Positions 48,572 to 59,176 of a stretch of DNA of 64,000 bases are shown here, in pieces. Numbering within the stretch: position 1 is the stretch's first letter; the number at the start of each line of letters is the position of its first letter. Origin of the DNA: an uncultured Myxococcales bacterium (GTDB lineage Bacteria; Myxococcota_A; UBA9042); the NCBI GenBank assembly GCA_903842345.1, contig CAIMLR010000042.1, positions 21,744 to 85,743 of the forward strand. The letters run 5' to 3'. Both the position numbers and the translations under genes were made by a program. The notes beneath the pieces are model-generated. The model did no database searches. It was not told where the DNA came from and worked only from the letters and a program-made list of their open reading frames with translations.

Positions 48572-50493
48572 TCACAGCGGATTTGGCCGCACTCGATCAG
48601 GTCCTCGGCGATTTTGAAGCGCGGCCCAGTCAAGTGGCGATGGCGGCGGCCGTCGCCAACGCGATTGCCACGCAGACCGACCTGCTGGTGGAGGCGGGCA
48701 CGGGCACGGGCAAGACGCTCGCGTACCTGCTGCCGATCCTCGCGTCCGGCAAGCGCGCGCTGATTGCGACCGCGACGCGGCACCTGCAGACCCAGATCCT
48801 GCAGAACGACATTCCGGTGGCGCTGGCGGCGACCGGCGTGACGCGTGAAGTGGCCGTGCTCAAGGGCCGCAGCAACTACCTGTGCAAGCTGCGGCTGGAG
48901 CACCGGCTGGAGCAGTCGCGGTACTCCCTGCCGATGGCGCTGATGGCGGCGGAGTCGGTGGCGCGGCATTCGCAAGTCGGGGATCGCAGTGAACTGGTCG
49001 GCATCGCGGAAGACGACCCGATCTGGCCGGAAATCACGTCGACTGCGGACAACTGCCTCGGCCAGGAATGCCCGCATCAGGACACCTGCTTCGTGCTGCA
49101 AGCGCGGCGGCGGGCGATGGCGGCGGACCTCATCGTCGTCAACCATCACCTGCTTTTTGCCGACTACGCCGTGCGCGAGCGTTGGGAACAGGGCGGAATC
49201 CTGCCGGAAGTCGGCGTGGTGGTCATCGACGAAGCGCACGGTCTGGCGGACACCGCGAGCGCGTTTTTTGGCTCGTCGCTGGGTGAACGACGGGTCGGCA
49301 ACCTGCTGGCCGACCTGCGGCTGGCGCTGCCCAACGTGCCGGATTCCCTGTTGCGCGAACCGATGCGGGCGCTCCTGGACCGCGCCGATCCCGCAGCCTT
49401 GCGGCTGTTCGCGCTCATGCGCCTGCAGCCGCACGGCCAGGTCGTGCGTGGGCGCGTGCAGGACGCGCTGGCGAGCCCGGCGGTCGAGCTCGCCGCGCTG
49501 CTGGCGGAGCTGGCGGAGATGATGCAGGAGCCGATGCTGGCGACGGACCCGCTTTGGCACAAGTTCGACGAGTCGCTGTTCGCGGTGCAACAGGACATCG
49601 AGCGCGTGCTGTTTCCGCCGCGCAGCGAGGACGGCATGGTCCGGTGGATCGAGCACCGGCGCCACGATGCGATCGTGATCGCGCGGCCTGTGGACGTCGC
49701 GCCGATCCTGAAGCGGACGCTGCTGGCCGAGCCGGTCGTGCGGATTTTCACGTCCGCGACGCTGGCGGTGGCAGGCGATTTCCGCCACGCCCGCGAGAAA
49801 CTCGGGCTGCCTGACGACGTGCCAACGCTGAGCTTGCCGTCGCCGTTTGATTTTCCCCGTCAGGCGCTCCTGTACGTGCCCGAGGCGATCCCCGACCCGT
49901 TTGCCCCCGACCGCGACGCCCGCGTGGCGGAGACGATCCTGGATTTGGCAGTGGCGGCGGGCGGCGGCACGATGGCGCTGTTCTCCAGCCGGCGCGCGCT
50001 GAACGACGCGCTGGCGCGGCTGCGTCCCGAGCTGGTGCCGTACGGCATGGAGCTGCTCGCGCAAGGTGAGGCGCCGCGGGAAGTGCTGCTGGAGCGGTTC
50101 GTGCTGAGCCAACCGGCGGTCCTGCTCGCGACGATGGGCTTCTGGCAGGGCGTGGATTTGCCGGCGGATGCGCTGCGCGTCGTCGTCGTCGACAAGATTC
50201 CCTTTCCGCCGCCGGACGATCCGCTCCTCGTCGCGCGCACGGAGCAACTGCGCGCCCAGGGGCGCGACGCTTTTGACGACCTGTCGATTCCGCTGGCCGC
50301 GACTGCGCTGCGCCAGGGCTTTGGCCGCCTGATCCGCAGCCAGCGGCACTGGGGCGTCGTGGCGCTGCTGGATCCGCGACTGCTCAAGCGGCGCTATGGC
50401 CAGAAGCTGCTCGACAGCCTGCCGCCGGCCAAGCGCACGCGCAAGTTTGCAGATGTGCGCGACTTCCTGACGGACCGCCTGCATCCGGGCTGA
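48568..50493 (+). CDS. DinG/YoaA family ATP-dependent DNA helicase
   Basis: EAGTGTGKT, KGRSNYLC, Fe-S Cys, VNHHL, DEAH, TSATL, GVDLP and QGFGRLIR. Confidence 0.93.
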   Translation: MITADLAALDQVLGDFEARPSQVAMAAAVANAIATQTDLLVEAGTGTGKTLAYLLPILASGKRALIATATRHLQTQILQNDIPVALAATGVTREVAVLKGRSNYLCKLRLEHRLEQSRYSLPMALMAAESVARHSQVGDRSELVGIAEDDPIWPEITSTADNCLGQECPHQDTCFVLQARRRAMAADLIVVNHHLLFADYAVRERWEQGGILPEVGVVVIDEAHGLADTASAFFGSSLGERRVGNLLADLRLALPNVPDSLLREPMRALLDRADPAALRLFALMRLQPHGQVVRGRVQDALASPAVELAALLAELAEMMQEPMLATDPLWHKFDESLFAVQQDIERVLFPPRSEDGMVRWIEHRRHDAIVIARPVDVAPILKRTLLAEPVVRIFTSATLAVAGDFRHAREKLGLPDDVPTLSLPSPFDFPRQALLYVPEAIPDPFAPDRDARVAETILDLAVAAGGGTMALFSSRRALNDALARLRPELVPYGMELLAQGEAPREVLLERFVLSQPAVLLATMGFWQGVDLPADALRVVVVDKIPFPPPDDPLLVARTEQLRAQGRDAFDDLSIPLAATALRQGFGRLIRSQRHWGVVALLDPRLLKRRYGQKLLDSLPPAKRTRKFADVRDFLTDRLHPG

Positions 50494-50571
50494 ACGCGCC
50501 GCGAGAAGCTTGTCAGTGCCACCCACGCTGCTACTCTGTCGGCGGATCCTTCCCGCAATTCCGAGGCTCAC

Positions 50572-51381
50572 GTGGCGCGCAAGACCACCCCAGCATCCCA
50601 GCACGCCACTGCCGCACAGGAACACAACGTGCCGTGCATCGTGGTGCCGTGCTTCAACGAGGCACTGCGGCTCGACACCGCGGCGTTTGCGGATCTTGTC
50701 GCGTCAGGTGAAATGCGGCTGATCTTCGTCGATGACGGTTCGACGGACGGGACGCGGGACATCGTCGACGCGCTGTGCACTGAAACCCACGGTCGCATCC
50801 AATTGCTCAAGCTGGAGCAGAACCGCGGCAAGGCGGAGGCGGTGCGCCAAGGGCTGCTGCTGGCCATTGCCCAGGGGGCGCGGGAAGTCGGCTTCGTCGA
50901 TGCCGACTTGGCCACGCCGCCGACTGAACTGCGGCGTCTCCTGGCCGTGCTGCACGAACGCCCGGACGTGCAAGTCCTCATCGGCGCGCGCGTCCGGCTG
51001 CTGGGCAACGCGGTCGAACGCAAGGCGATGCGCCACTACCTCGGCCGCGTTTTCGCAACGGCGGCGTCGCTCACGCTGGCGCTGCACATCTACGACACGC
51101 AATGCGGCGCCAAGCTGTTCCGCGCAACTCCGGCGCTGGAAGCCGCGCTGGCGGAGCCGTTCGTGTCGCGCTGGATCTTCGATGTGGAGCTGCTCGGGCG
51201 TCTGGCCTGGGGTGGTCCGGGCGTTGCGCCGCTCGCGGAAAGCGCGTTTGCAGAAGTGCCGCTGCAGATCTGGCATGACGTGGCAGGTTCCAAGCTGCGG
51301 CCTGGGCATTTTGTCCGCGCTGCCGGCGATCTTGTGCAGATTTGGCTGCGACTGCGCGCACGGCAACGGCAACGCGGATAG
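50572..51381 (+). CDS. Glycosyltransferase family 2 (dolichyl-phosphate glucose synthase-like)
   Basis: VPCFNE, VDDGSTD, NRGKAEAVRQG, DADLATP, DTQCGAK and WIFDVE. Confidence 0.9.
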   Translation: MARKTTPASQHATAAQEHNVPCIVVPCFNEALRLDTAAFADLVASGEMRLIFVDDGSTDGTRDIVDALCTETHGRIQLLKLEQNRGKAEAVRQGLLLAIAQGAREVGFVDADLATPPTELRRLLAVLHERPDVQVLIGARVRLLGNAVERKAMRHYLGRVFATAASLTLALHIYDTQCGAKLFRATPALEAALAEPFVSRWIFDVELLGRLAWGGPGVAPLAESAFAEVPLQIWHDVAGSKLRPGHFVRAAGDLVQIWLRLRARQRQRG

Positions 51382-51426
51382 TCGCGGCCCCAGCGCGGCC
51401 GGAACGTCGGTCACGGACAACGGTTG

Positions 51427-53043
51427 ATGCGTCATCGTCCCAATCCTGACATCGACACGCAGCCGTTCCCGCCGGACGGTGGCGACGACGCGACCCAACG
51501 CGGCCCGTGCCTGACGATTCTCGCCCACCCGGAGCGGGAAATGGTCGGCGCTCGGGCGTTCGTCGGGCAGCTGCAGCAAGGGCGCATTGCCGAGCTGTCG
51601 CGCCTTGTCCCGGAATTCACGACGGCCGACGGGCAGCTGACCCAGCCGATCGGCGATCCATACGCCAGCCGGCAACCGACGCTGCTGACCTGGCGGGACG
51701 GGCTTGTGCTGACGCCGTGCGTGGGTGGAAGCCGCGTGGTCGTCGCCGGTCAGCCGCTGACGCTGCCGCGGCACATCGACCTGAGCGCGCTCGAGCGCGG
51801 CGTGGTGCTGGAGATCTCCAACCGGACGGTGCTGTTGCTGCATCTGCGGGCGCTGCCGCAGGCCGTGGCGGCGTGTGGGCTGATCGGCGGCAGTGAAGCT
51901 TTGGACAACGTGCGCCAGCAGATCGCGCTTGCCGCGCCTCTCGCCGTGCCGGTGCTGGTCACGGGCGAGACCGGCGTCGGCAAGGAGCTTGTGGCGCGGG
52001 CGCTGCATGAGACGAGTCCGCGGCGCGATGGCCCGTGGGTGGCGGTCAACGTCGCTGAAATTACCGCCGAGACCGCGGCATCCGCGCTTTTTGGCCACGT
52101 GCGCGGGGCGATTGCTGGCGCGACGCAGGACCACGACGGGCTTTTTGCCCAAGCGAACGGGGGCACGTTGTTCCTCGACGAAGTCGGCGAAATGGCGCCC
52201 GACGTGCAGGCGATGCTGCTGCGGGTCCTGGAGACGGGTGAGGTCCAGCGTTTGGGCGACCACCGCGTCCGCAAAGTCGATGTGCGCGTCGTAGCGGCGA
52301 CCGACCAGGATCTGGACGAACGCAGCCTGCTGCGGACGCCGCTGCTGTATCGGCTGGCTGGCTACCGCGTGCGCGTCCCGGCGCTGCGGCAGCGGCTGGA
52401 AGATCTGGGCGCACTGCTCGCCCATTTTCGCGATGAGGAACTGGCCCTCGCAGGGCGCCCGACCGGGCAGGCGTGGATGCCAGCGGGCTTGGTCGCGCAA
52501 TTGGCGACCCACAAGTGGCCGGGCAATGCCCGCGAACTGCGCAATTTGGTGCGGACGCTGGTGATTCAGGCGGACGGCGACGAGCGTCTGGGTACCAGTT
52601 TTTCGCTGGAAGCCTGGCTGGGCGCGCACCGGACGACGGGTCCACAACCGCCGATGGCCAACCTGGAGACTTCGGCGCTGACCGACGATGCGGTGGCGAC
52701 CGCGCTGGCGCGCAACCGGTGGAGCCTGACCGCGACTGCCCGTGAGTTGGGCATCGCCCGGTCAACGCTGTACCTGCTGATTGATCGCAGCAGAACGCTG
52801 CGGACTGCGGGCGATGTCACGCCGGCTGAGCTGCGCGCCGCTCAGGAACGTGCCGGTGGCGACATTGACGCGATGGCGCAGTTGCTGCACGTGTCGCCAC
52901 GCGGCTTGCGGTTGGCGCTGCGGGGCGCAGGCATTGCCGGAATCGGCGTGACGTCAGAGGATCGCGCTCTGGGCGACTTTGCCGCCCCCGCGCGACTCAC
53001 TGCGGCGGATCGCGCATCACACGGGCCAACTCGAGACGATTGA
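51427..53043 (+). CDS. Sigma54-activator-like AAA+ regulator with degenerate GAFTGA and tandem C-terminal HTH
   Basis: GETGVGKE, LFGHVRGAIAGA, GGTLFLDE, LYRL and WPGNARE; FHA-like N-terminus. Confidence 0.88.
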   Translation: MRHRPNPDIDTQPFPPDGGDDATQRGPCLTILAHPEREMVGARAFVGQLQQGRIAELSRLVPEFTTADGQLTQPIGDPYASRQPTLLTWRDGLVLTPCVGGSRVVVAGQPLTLPRHIDLSALERGVVLEISNRTVLLLHLRALPQAVAACGLIGGSEALDNVRQQIALAAPLAVPVLVTGETGVGKELVARALHETSPRRDGPWVAVNVAEITAETAASALFGHVRGAIAGATQDHDGLFAQANGGTLFLDEVGEMAPDVQAMLLRVLETGEVQRLGDHRVRKVDVRVVAATDQDLDERSLLRTPLLYRLAGYRVRVPALRQRLEDLGALLAHFRDEELALAGRPTGQAWMPAGLVAQLATHKWPGNARELRNLVRTLVIQADGDERLGTSFSLEAWLGAHRTTGPQPPMANLETSALTDDAVATALARNRWSLTATARELGIARSTLYLLIDRSRTLRTAGDVTPAELRAAQERAGGDIDAMAQLLHVSPRGLRLALRGAGIAGIGVTSEDRALGDFAAPARLTAADRASHGPTRDD

Positions 53044-53983
53044 CCACACCGAGCCGGCCATACGCCTGCTTGATCTGGCTGCGCACGGTCTCCACGCTCT
53101 TGTTCAGCGCCTTGGCGATCTCTGGCGCTGTCGAGCCCGTCAGCACCTGCGCGATGACCGCAGCCTGCGCCGGCGTGAGCACCAGCCGCGGGTCGACGTG
53201 CGGGCTGGTCAGCGGCAGCAGCTCGCCCAACCAGCCCGATCCCTGCGGCCCATGCAGCGGCGTCAGGCGCACTTCCGCACCCGCAGCGGCAATGGCCGTC
53301 GCAGCCAGCGGATCAGCGCGCGTCGCCCGCTCCACGGCACTGAGCAGCCGCGCGGCGCGGTCCTGATCCAGCCAGCGGTGCGCGGGCGGACTGGCCAACT
53401 GGACCGCACCCGTCGACGCCAGGACGATGTGACCCGCCGGCGGGGCCTCCGTGCCGACCTGATGGCGAATGGCCTGCCGCAGCCGGTCGTGCACCCAGCG
53501 CGCGTGGCCATCGCGCAGCGCCCGACTCAGCCGCGCGGTCACGCCCGTGCGCCGCCGATCCCAGACCGCAGCGAGCACGCCAACGACGCCGGCTTCATCC
53601 TTGACCACCAGCCGGTGCTCCTCGTGCAGGTCATGACGCACGTACACATTGCGGGCAAACGCGTGGGTCCAGAACGCCTTCGCGTCCGGCTGCCAGGTGG
53701 TGATTTGCCACGTCAATGGCCGCACGCTGAGGTCCAGGCAAGCGCTGCGCGAGACGGGACGGTCGTCCAGCGGCTGGAGCATGTCCGCCGCCGCTTTGTG
53801 ACCGTCGCTCCAGATGCCACTCCACCAAAGGCGGTGGGCATCGCTTGCGCTGGGCACCTCGCCTACGCGGCCAAACCACACGAGGTCGGCGCCCATGCGC
53901 GTGCGCATCTCCGCCAACGTTGCGGCGAGATTGGGTTTCAGGCTGCCAGAAAGGCCTGTGGGATCAAGGGGGGCCACGGCCAT
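52997..53983 (-). CDS. LuxR-family HTH transcriptional regulator
   Basis: C-terminal LTPAQAAV...IAKALNKSVETVRSQIKQAYGRLGV; GAGG RBS before ATG 53983. Confidence 0.85.
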   Translation of the reverse strand: MAVAPLDPTGLSGSLKPNLAATLAEMRTRMGADLVWFGRVGEVPSASDAHRLWWSGIWSDGHKAAADMLQPLDDRPVSRSACLDLSVRPLTWQITTWQPDAKAFWTHAFARNVYVRHDLHEEHRLVVKDEAGVVGVLAAVWDRRRTGVTARLSRALRDGHARWVHDRLRQAIRHQVGTEAPPAGHIVLASTGAVQLASPPAHRWLDQDRAARLLSAVERATRADPLAATAIAAAGAEVRLTPLHGPQGSGWLGELLPLTSPHVDPRLVLTPAQAAVIAQVLTGSTAPEIAKALNKSVETVRSQIKQAYGRLGVVNRLELARVMRDPPQ

Positions 53984-54077
53984 GACAAGCCTCTCGCGGA
54001 CGTGTTCGTTGTGCTGAAGGATTGCCGCAATGGGCGATTTTGTCGAGCGCGGCGACCCGCCCGCGTGCCGCGAATCC

Positions 54078-54124
54078 AATACCGTCCGACGTCGGACGGT
54101 ATTCGGACGGTATTTCGGACGAAT
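54078..54124. promoter_or_regulatory. Perfect 26-bp palindrome plus phased half-site repeats (operator array)
   Basis: AATACCGTCCGAC-GTCGGACGGTATT at 54078-54103; TCGGACGGTAT at 54092 and 54103; TCGGACGAAT at 54115. Confidence 0.75.
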
Positions 54125-54387
54125 CGAACGCATCGCATGCACCCAAACGGGTGATTGTCGTCGCCCGGCAATCGGTGAACCATGGTCGGGCTGGAAGATG
54201 CTTGGGGGCGCGACTAGCGAGTGTATTGAGGTTGGCCGCCGGTTCGTCTGCGGACGGCCAACCTCAATACCTCGCGCCATCGCCACAAAATGGTCGGCCG
54301 CGGCCTCGACGCGGGCCGTGGCAACGGACGTCCAGCGCCGATTGGACGCAACCGCTGGATGACGCGACAATCGCGGCGGAGGCGGCG

Positions 54388-55356
54388 ATGCGAACGACAC
54401 CCATGCTGGTCTGGATGCTCTGCGGTTGCGCGGGGGCGGCACGGGCGCCCGCAGCGACCACCTTGCGCGCGACACCGATCGACGCGTGCGCGGCGACCGT
54501 TCCAGCGGATATCACAGCAGCGTACGGCGGTGGCTTTGCTTTGACGTGGCCGCAGTGGTCCGGCTTTGGCGGCTGGTCCGATCTGCGCGTCACGCCCGAC
54601 GGCGGGACGTTGCTCGCGGTCTCCGATGACGGCCATTTCCTGCAGGCGGCGCTGACGCATCGCGCCGGCAAGCTGACCGCCGTCGCGGGGCAAAACACGG
54701 GCGCGCTGCCGCACTGCCCGGACAAGCGCGTGTGCGACGTGGAATCGATGGCCCTGCGCGCCGATGGCTCGTGGTGGCTGGGCGTGGAACGCCAAGTGGG
54801 CACGACCGACCAGATCTGGCAATTTCCCGCGTCGCAGCCGCCGTTCCAGGTCGAGCCGACGCGCGTGCCCGTGCCGCCGGGACTTGAGGCGATGCCGCGC
54901 AACGCCGGTCTGGAGGCGATGACGGCGCTGGCGGATGATTCCGTGCTGGCGATCGCCGAAGGTCCCGAGCCGGTGCCAGCGACGCTGCCGATGTGGCGTT
55001 GGCAAGCCGGGCAATGGCGCGCGCTCGCGTACCCGACGACGCCGGATTTCCGCCCGGTTGCGCTCGCGGCGCTGCCGCCGGGTCATCGGCTGGGCGACGC
55101 GCTGGTGCTGGAGCGCAAGTGGCTGGCCGCAACGCACGAGGCGGGGACGCGGATTGTGGCGCTGCGCCTACCGCAGTCAGGCCAGGTGGCGCAGACGCGT
55201 GAAGTGCTGCGGCTGGATCCGGCGCACTGCCCGATCGACAACTTTGAAGGTCTTGCGACGCGGATGCAGGATGGCGTCCTCTGGCTGTACCTGCTGTCCG
55301 ATGACAATCAAAGCCCGCGCCAGCAAACGTTGCTCTATGCGTTCACGGTGCAATGA
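54388..55356 (+). CDS. Esterase-like/phytase-like beta-propeller family protein
   Basis: FGGWSDL, LAVSDDG, DVESMA, NAGLEAM, DNFEGL and LSDDN. Confidence 0.82.
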   Translation: MRTTPMLVWMLCGCAGAARAPAATTLRATPIDACAATVPADITAAYGGGFALTWPQWSGFGGWSDLRVTPDGGTLLAVSDDGHFLQAALTHRAGKLTAVAGQNTGALPHCPDKRVCDVESMALRADGSWWLGVERQVGTTDQIWQFPASQPPFQVEPTRVPVPPGLEAMPRNAGLEAMTALADDSVLAIAEGPEPVPATLPMWRWQAGQWRALAYPTTPDFRPVALAALPPGHRLGDALVLERKWLAATHEAGTRIVALRLPQSGQVAQTREVLRLDPAHCPIDNFEGLATRMQDGVLWLYLLSDDNQSPRQQTLLYAFTVQ

Positions 55357-56508
55357 CTAGGCCGGCGTGACTTGGGCGAACGCCCAATCGAGCCACGGGA
55401 GCAGCGCTTCCACGTCGCTTGTCTCAACCGTCGAGCCGCACCAGATGCGCAGGCCCGGCGGCGCGTCGCGGTAGAAGGCCGCATCGAGCGCGACGTCTTC
55501 CGCGTCCAGCAGCGCTGCCATCCGCTTGGCGACGGCGGTCTGCCCCGCCAGGTCGAGCGCGCGGTACCAGTCTGCGGAGAAGATCAGGCAGACCGACGTG
55601 TTGGAGCGCGTCGCGGGATCCGCGGCGAGGAACTCTGCCCACGGCGTGCGGGCGACCCAACCCTCCAACGCTGCGAGGTTGGCCTCAGAGCGCGCCCTGA
55701 GCCCGGGCAGACCACCGACGCGCTCCGCCCATTTCAGCCCGTCCAGCGCGTCTTCCACGCACAGCATCGACGGCGTATTGATGGTCTCCCCCTGGAAGAT
55801 GCCTTCTTGCAGCTTGCCGTCCTTGGTCAGGCGGAAGAGCTTGGGCATCGGCCACGGCGGCGTGTAGGACTCCAGACGGGCGACCGCCCGCGGGCTCAGC
55901 ACGAGCATCCCGTGCGCCCCCTCGCCGCCGAGCACTTTTTGCCAGGACCACGTGACGATATCGAGCTTGTGCCACGGCAGATCCATCGCGAAGACCGCGG
56001 ACGTCGCATCGGCGATGGCGAGGCCCTGGCGGTCATCGGCGATCCAGTCGCCGTTGGGCACTTTGACGCCTGACGTCGTGCCATTCCAGGTGAAGACGAC
56101 GTCGCGGTCCCATGCCACTTGCGCCAGATCGGGCAAATGCCCGTAGTCGGCGCGCAGCACCCGCACGTCAGGCAGCTTCAGTTGCTTGACGATGTCCGTG
56201 ACCCAGCCTTCACCAAAGCTCTCCCACGCGAGCACGTCCACGCCGCGCGCGCCCAGGACCGACCAGAGCGCCAATTCCACCGCGCCCGTGTCAGACGCGG
56301 GCACGATGGCGATGCGGTAGTCCGCCGGCAGTCCGAGAATCGCGCGCGACTTGTCCAGCACCTGCTCGATGCGCGCTTTGCCGGGCTTGGAGCGATGCGA
56401 GCGGCCGACCAACGTGTCGCTCAGCGCGTCCAGCGACCAGCCCGGCCGTTTGGCGCAGGGCCCGGAGCAGAACCGCGGGTTGTTTGGCTTGCGATTGGGC
56501 TTGTTCAC
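55357..56508 (-). CDS. serC: Phosphoserine aminotransferase (Methanosarcina/alphaproteobacterial type)
   Basis: [43 protein letters not shown] and GLRIWCG. Confidence 0.93.
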   Translation of the reverse strand: MNKPNRKPNNPRFCSGPCAKRPGWSLDALSDTLVGRSHRSKPGKARIEQVLDKSRAILGLPADYRIAIVPASDTGAVELALWSVLGARGVDVLAWESFGEGWVTDIVKQLKLPDVRVLRADYGHLPDLAQVAWDRDVVFTWNGTTSGVKVPNGDWIADDRQGLAIADATSAVFAMDLPWHKLDIVTWSWQKVLGGEGAHGMLVLSPRAVARLESYTPPWPMPKLFRLTKDGKLQEGIFQGETINTPSMLCVEDALDGLKWAERVGGLPGLRARSEANLAALEGWVARTPWAEFLAADPATRSNTSVCLIFSADWYRALDLAGQTAVAKRMAALLDAEDVALDAAFYRDAPPGLRIWCGSTVETSDVEALLPWLDWAFAQVTPA

Positions 56509-56572
56509 GGGGAACTCCAGACGCTGGCGCGTGGGCGCTGCGCATGGGGCAGCACGGCGGGCCGGCAGGTCA

Positions 56573-57646
56573 TCAGAACGGCAGCTTCTCAACCACTTCC
56601 GCTTTCTTGCGCAGTTCCACCAGAATGCGGCGCTCTTCCGTGTAGCCGCGGCGCGTGGTCAGCTGCGCGCGAATCTCATCGCGCACTTCATTGTAGGGCC
56701 GCGTCCGCTCCTCGTTCTTTTCGATCAACCGCAGCACGTACCAGCCCCAGCGCGTCTTGATCGGCTTGGACACCTCGCCGACCTTGAGCTGGAACGCCAC
56801 CGGCTCAAGCTCCGCCTCGGCGGACATGCGCGTCAGGTGCAACGGCGGCAGCGGGCCTTCACTGTATTGCTTGGCCACCTGCTCAAAGTCCTGGCCCTTG
56901 CGCAGCGCGGCCGACGCCTCTTCCGCCTTCTGCTCGGCTTTCTTCTGCACTTCAGCGTTGGCGTCAGCCGGCACGCGGATCAGGATCGGCCGCAAGTCGC
57001 GGGACGCAGTCTCCAGCCACGCCGACGGATTCATGTCGTAGTACGACTTGGAATCCGCCTCGCTGACTTCCACTTTGCCCAGCTTCTGCACCAGCTTGGC
57101 GCCCAGACGCTGCTGGCGAATCTGCTCGCGCATCTGCTCCAGCGTCGTGTGCGCGCGCTGCAGTTCGGCGTTGAGCGCCGCTTCGTCAAAATGGCCGTCG
57201 CCCTTGCGGAAGCGCGCCGTAAAGTCTTTCCACGCGTCGTCAAATTCAGCGTCCGTCAGCGTGATGTTCTCATTGCGGATCGCCTGCTCGCGCAGCTCCT
57301 GGTCGATCAGCCGGTTCAGCACGTTCGTCGCGATCTTGCGCATGCGGTCGGCGGGCACCTTGGTCGATCGCCCAACGAGACGTTCAAACTCGGCGTTGAA
57401 ACGCTCCGGGCCGATGTCGCGGCCATTGACCGTGGCGACGGGACCGACAGCGCGCGGAACCCCATTGGCATTGACCGCAGCCGCCGGCGCAGCGCCCGTG
57501 GTCTCCGTGGCAGCAGCGGCGGGCGCCGCCCCTTCCGCACCGGGCTTGGCAGCAGCGCTTGCGGGCGCAGCGGCAGGAGTGGGCGTACGCGAACAGGCGG
57601 GCGCGAGCGCAAGCGCAAGCAGGGCAAAGGCAAAGCGTGATGTCAC
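56573..57646 (-). CDS. PpiC/SurA-type peptidyl-prolyl isomerase lipoprotein
   Basis: Lipobox APAC; [15 protein letters not shown] and [16 protein letters not shown]; GAGG RBS before GTG 57646. Confidence 0.88.
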   Translation of the reverse strand: MTSRFAFALLALALAPACSRTPTPAAAPASAAAKPGAEGAAPAAAATETTGAAPAAAVNANGVPRAVGPVATVNGRDIGPERFNAEFERLVGRSTKVPADRMRKIATNVLNRLIDQELREQAIRNENITLTDAEFDDAWKDFTARFRKGDGHFDEAALNAELQRAHTTLEQMREQIRQQRLGAKLVQKLGKVEVSEADSKSYYDMNPSAWLETASRDLRPILIRVPADANAEVQKKAEQKAEEASAALRKGQDFEQVAKQYSEGPLPPLHLTRMSAEAELEPVAFQLKVGEVSKPIKTRWGWYVLRLIEKNEERTRPYNEVRDEIRAQLTTRRGYTEERRILVELRKKAEVVEKLPF

Positions 57647-57756
57647 TGGATGTATCCTCGTGATGACGGGTTGGCGGGGGGCCAGCCAATCAATGCCCCG
57701 GCGGGCGAATTTGTTCCCGAACGCTTCGGGTGCCAGCCATGGTGGCACGGCCGGCG

Positions 57757-57805
57757 CAAAAAGCGCAACGCCCCGGTGAATCCGTAGATCCGCCCGGGGC
57801 GTTGC
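57757..57805 (-). terminator. Rho-independent terminator of the OMP gene
   Basis: 12-bp stem GCAACGCCCCGG/CCGGGGCGTTGC (57765-57805), followed on the minus strand by GCTTTTT. Confidence 0.7.
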
Positions 57806-57865
57806 CAGAAACCGTCAGGCCCGAGGCCGACTGCGAGCGCTATGCGGCCGAAGCCACACGCTGGC

Positions 57866-59176
57866 TCACCAGTCGTAGCCGAGCGCCCAGTTGAGGGCCC
57901 AACCCGGCGTCGCGTTGCCCGTCACGGCGTTGATGCCGTTGTTGAAGAACGCGGGGTTGATGTCGAGATCCAGGTCCCAGCCCATCAGCTTGATGCCAAA
58001 GCCCGTGGACACCGTGTTGGTGACCGTCGAGAAGTGGGTCTCGTTGTTGGCCGGCGCGGTCGCCGTGTTGTTGATGTTGGTGCGCGAGATGACCTGGCGA
58101 GCGCCGAGGCGCAGGAACAGCCATTCGAACGCCTTGGCTTCAGCGGCGAAACCGTACCACGGCATCAGGTTGTTGGAGTTCTCCTGATCGACGGCCGAAA
58201 CCGTCGCCGCGCTCGAGCCGTTGCCCAGCGAGGAGTGGTAGATGAAGCCGATGCCCGGCTGGATCAGCACGCCTTCCATGTTCGGCGGCGCGATCGCCAG
58301 GTCCGTACCGAGGATGATCCACGTGTTGTTGACGGTGCCCTGCTTGGACTCGTTGCCGATGCCGTTCTCGTCCGAGCGGGACTGGTGGGCAATGGCGCGT
58401 GAGTCGTAGTTGATGCGCAGGAACGGGACCAGCTTGGAGATCTGGCTGACCATGAACTCGCCCTTGGCGGTGAACGCGATGCCGAACAGGCCGTTCGACA
58501 CGTAGCGCGCCAGGTTGCTGTTGTCCATGTTGGTGAACGTGCCGGCCATGATGTTCAGGCCGAAGTCCAGGCTGTTCACTTCGTTGATGTCGAAGCCGAC
58601 GCCCGCGTTGAAGTCAACCCAGGTATTCGACTCTTCGTCGTCGTACTGGTTGCCGGTGCTCGTGGTGCCCGTCTTGTCCTTGCGGTTGCCACCGAGCGAC
58701 AACGTCGCGCCGAGGCGCACGGACTCGCCGGCCTTCATGCCGAAGCCGATGCCGAACTGGTGGTTGGTCGGGTCGGCGACGGCGCCGCTGTAGCCCGGCA
58801 GGTTGCCAGCGAGGTCGGTCGGGGTCTTGCCCTGAATCGTCGTGCTGTTGATGACAGACGACCACGGCGAGCGCTTGCCGAACAACATCAACACCGGCGG
58901 AGCGGGATCGTCCGACAGCGCGTAGCGGATGTTCATGGAGCCGTAGGTCGTGCCGGCCGTGTTGTCCACGTCGACGCTGTTCTTGTACGCCACCATGAAC
59001 TGCGGGAACGTGTTGATGTTCGCGCTGTCACGGATGGTGATCGTCTTTTCGTTGAAGGCGCCGCCCAAGCCGCCCGCGGCCGAGAGGCTGTTGATGCGGG
59101 TCTCGGTCGCCATGGCCGAGCCGGCGAACGCCATGCCCACCGCAGTGGTCAGGGCTGCTGTCAGCAGTTTCTTCAT
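57866..59176 (-). CDS. Outer-membrane beta-barrel protein
   Basis: Signal peptide (AMA), alternating beta strands and terminal aromatic residue (LGYDW). Confidence 0.82.
   Translation of the reverse strand: MKKLLTAALTTAVGMAFAGSAMATETRINSLSAAGGLGGAFNEKTITIRDSANINTFPQFMVAYKNSVDVDNTAGTTYGSMNIRYALSDDPAPPVLMLFGKRSPWSSVINSTTIQGKTPTDLAGNLPGYSGAVADPTNHQFGIGFGMKAGESVRLGATLSLGGNRKDKTGTTSTGNQYDDEESNTWVDFNAGVGFDINEVNSLDFGLNIMAGTFTNMDNSNLARYVSNGLFGIAFTAKGEFMVSQISKLVPFLRINYDSRAIAHQSRSDENGIGNESKQGTVNNTWIILGTDLAIAPPNMEGVLIQPGIGFIYHSSLGNGSSAATVSAVDQENSNNLMPWYGFAAEAKAFEWLFLRLGARQVISRTNINNTATAPANNETHFSTVTNTVSTGFGIKLMGWDLDLDINPAFFNNGINAVTGNATPGWALNWALGYDW

Noticed and set aside
57742-57758. Sigma54 -24/-12-like TGGCACGGCCGGCGCA
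   Set aside because: It lacks the TT before GC and points into the 3' end of a convergent gene.
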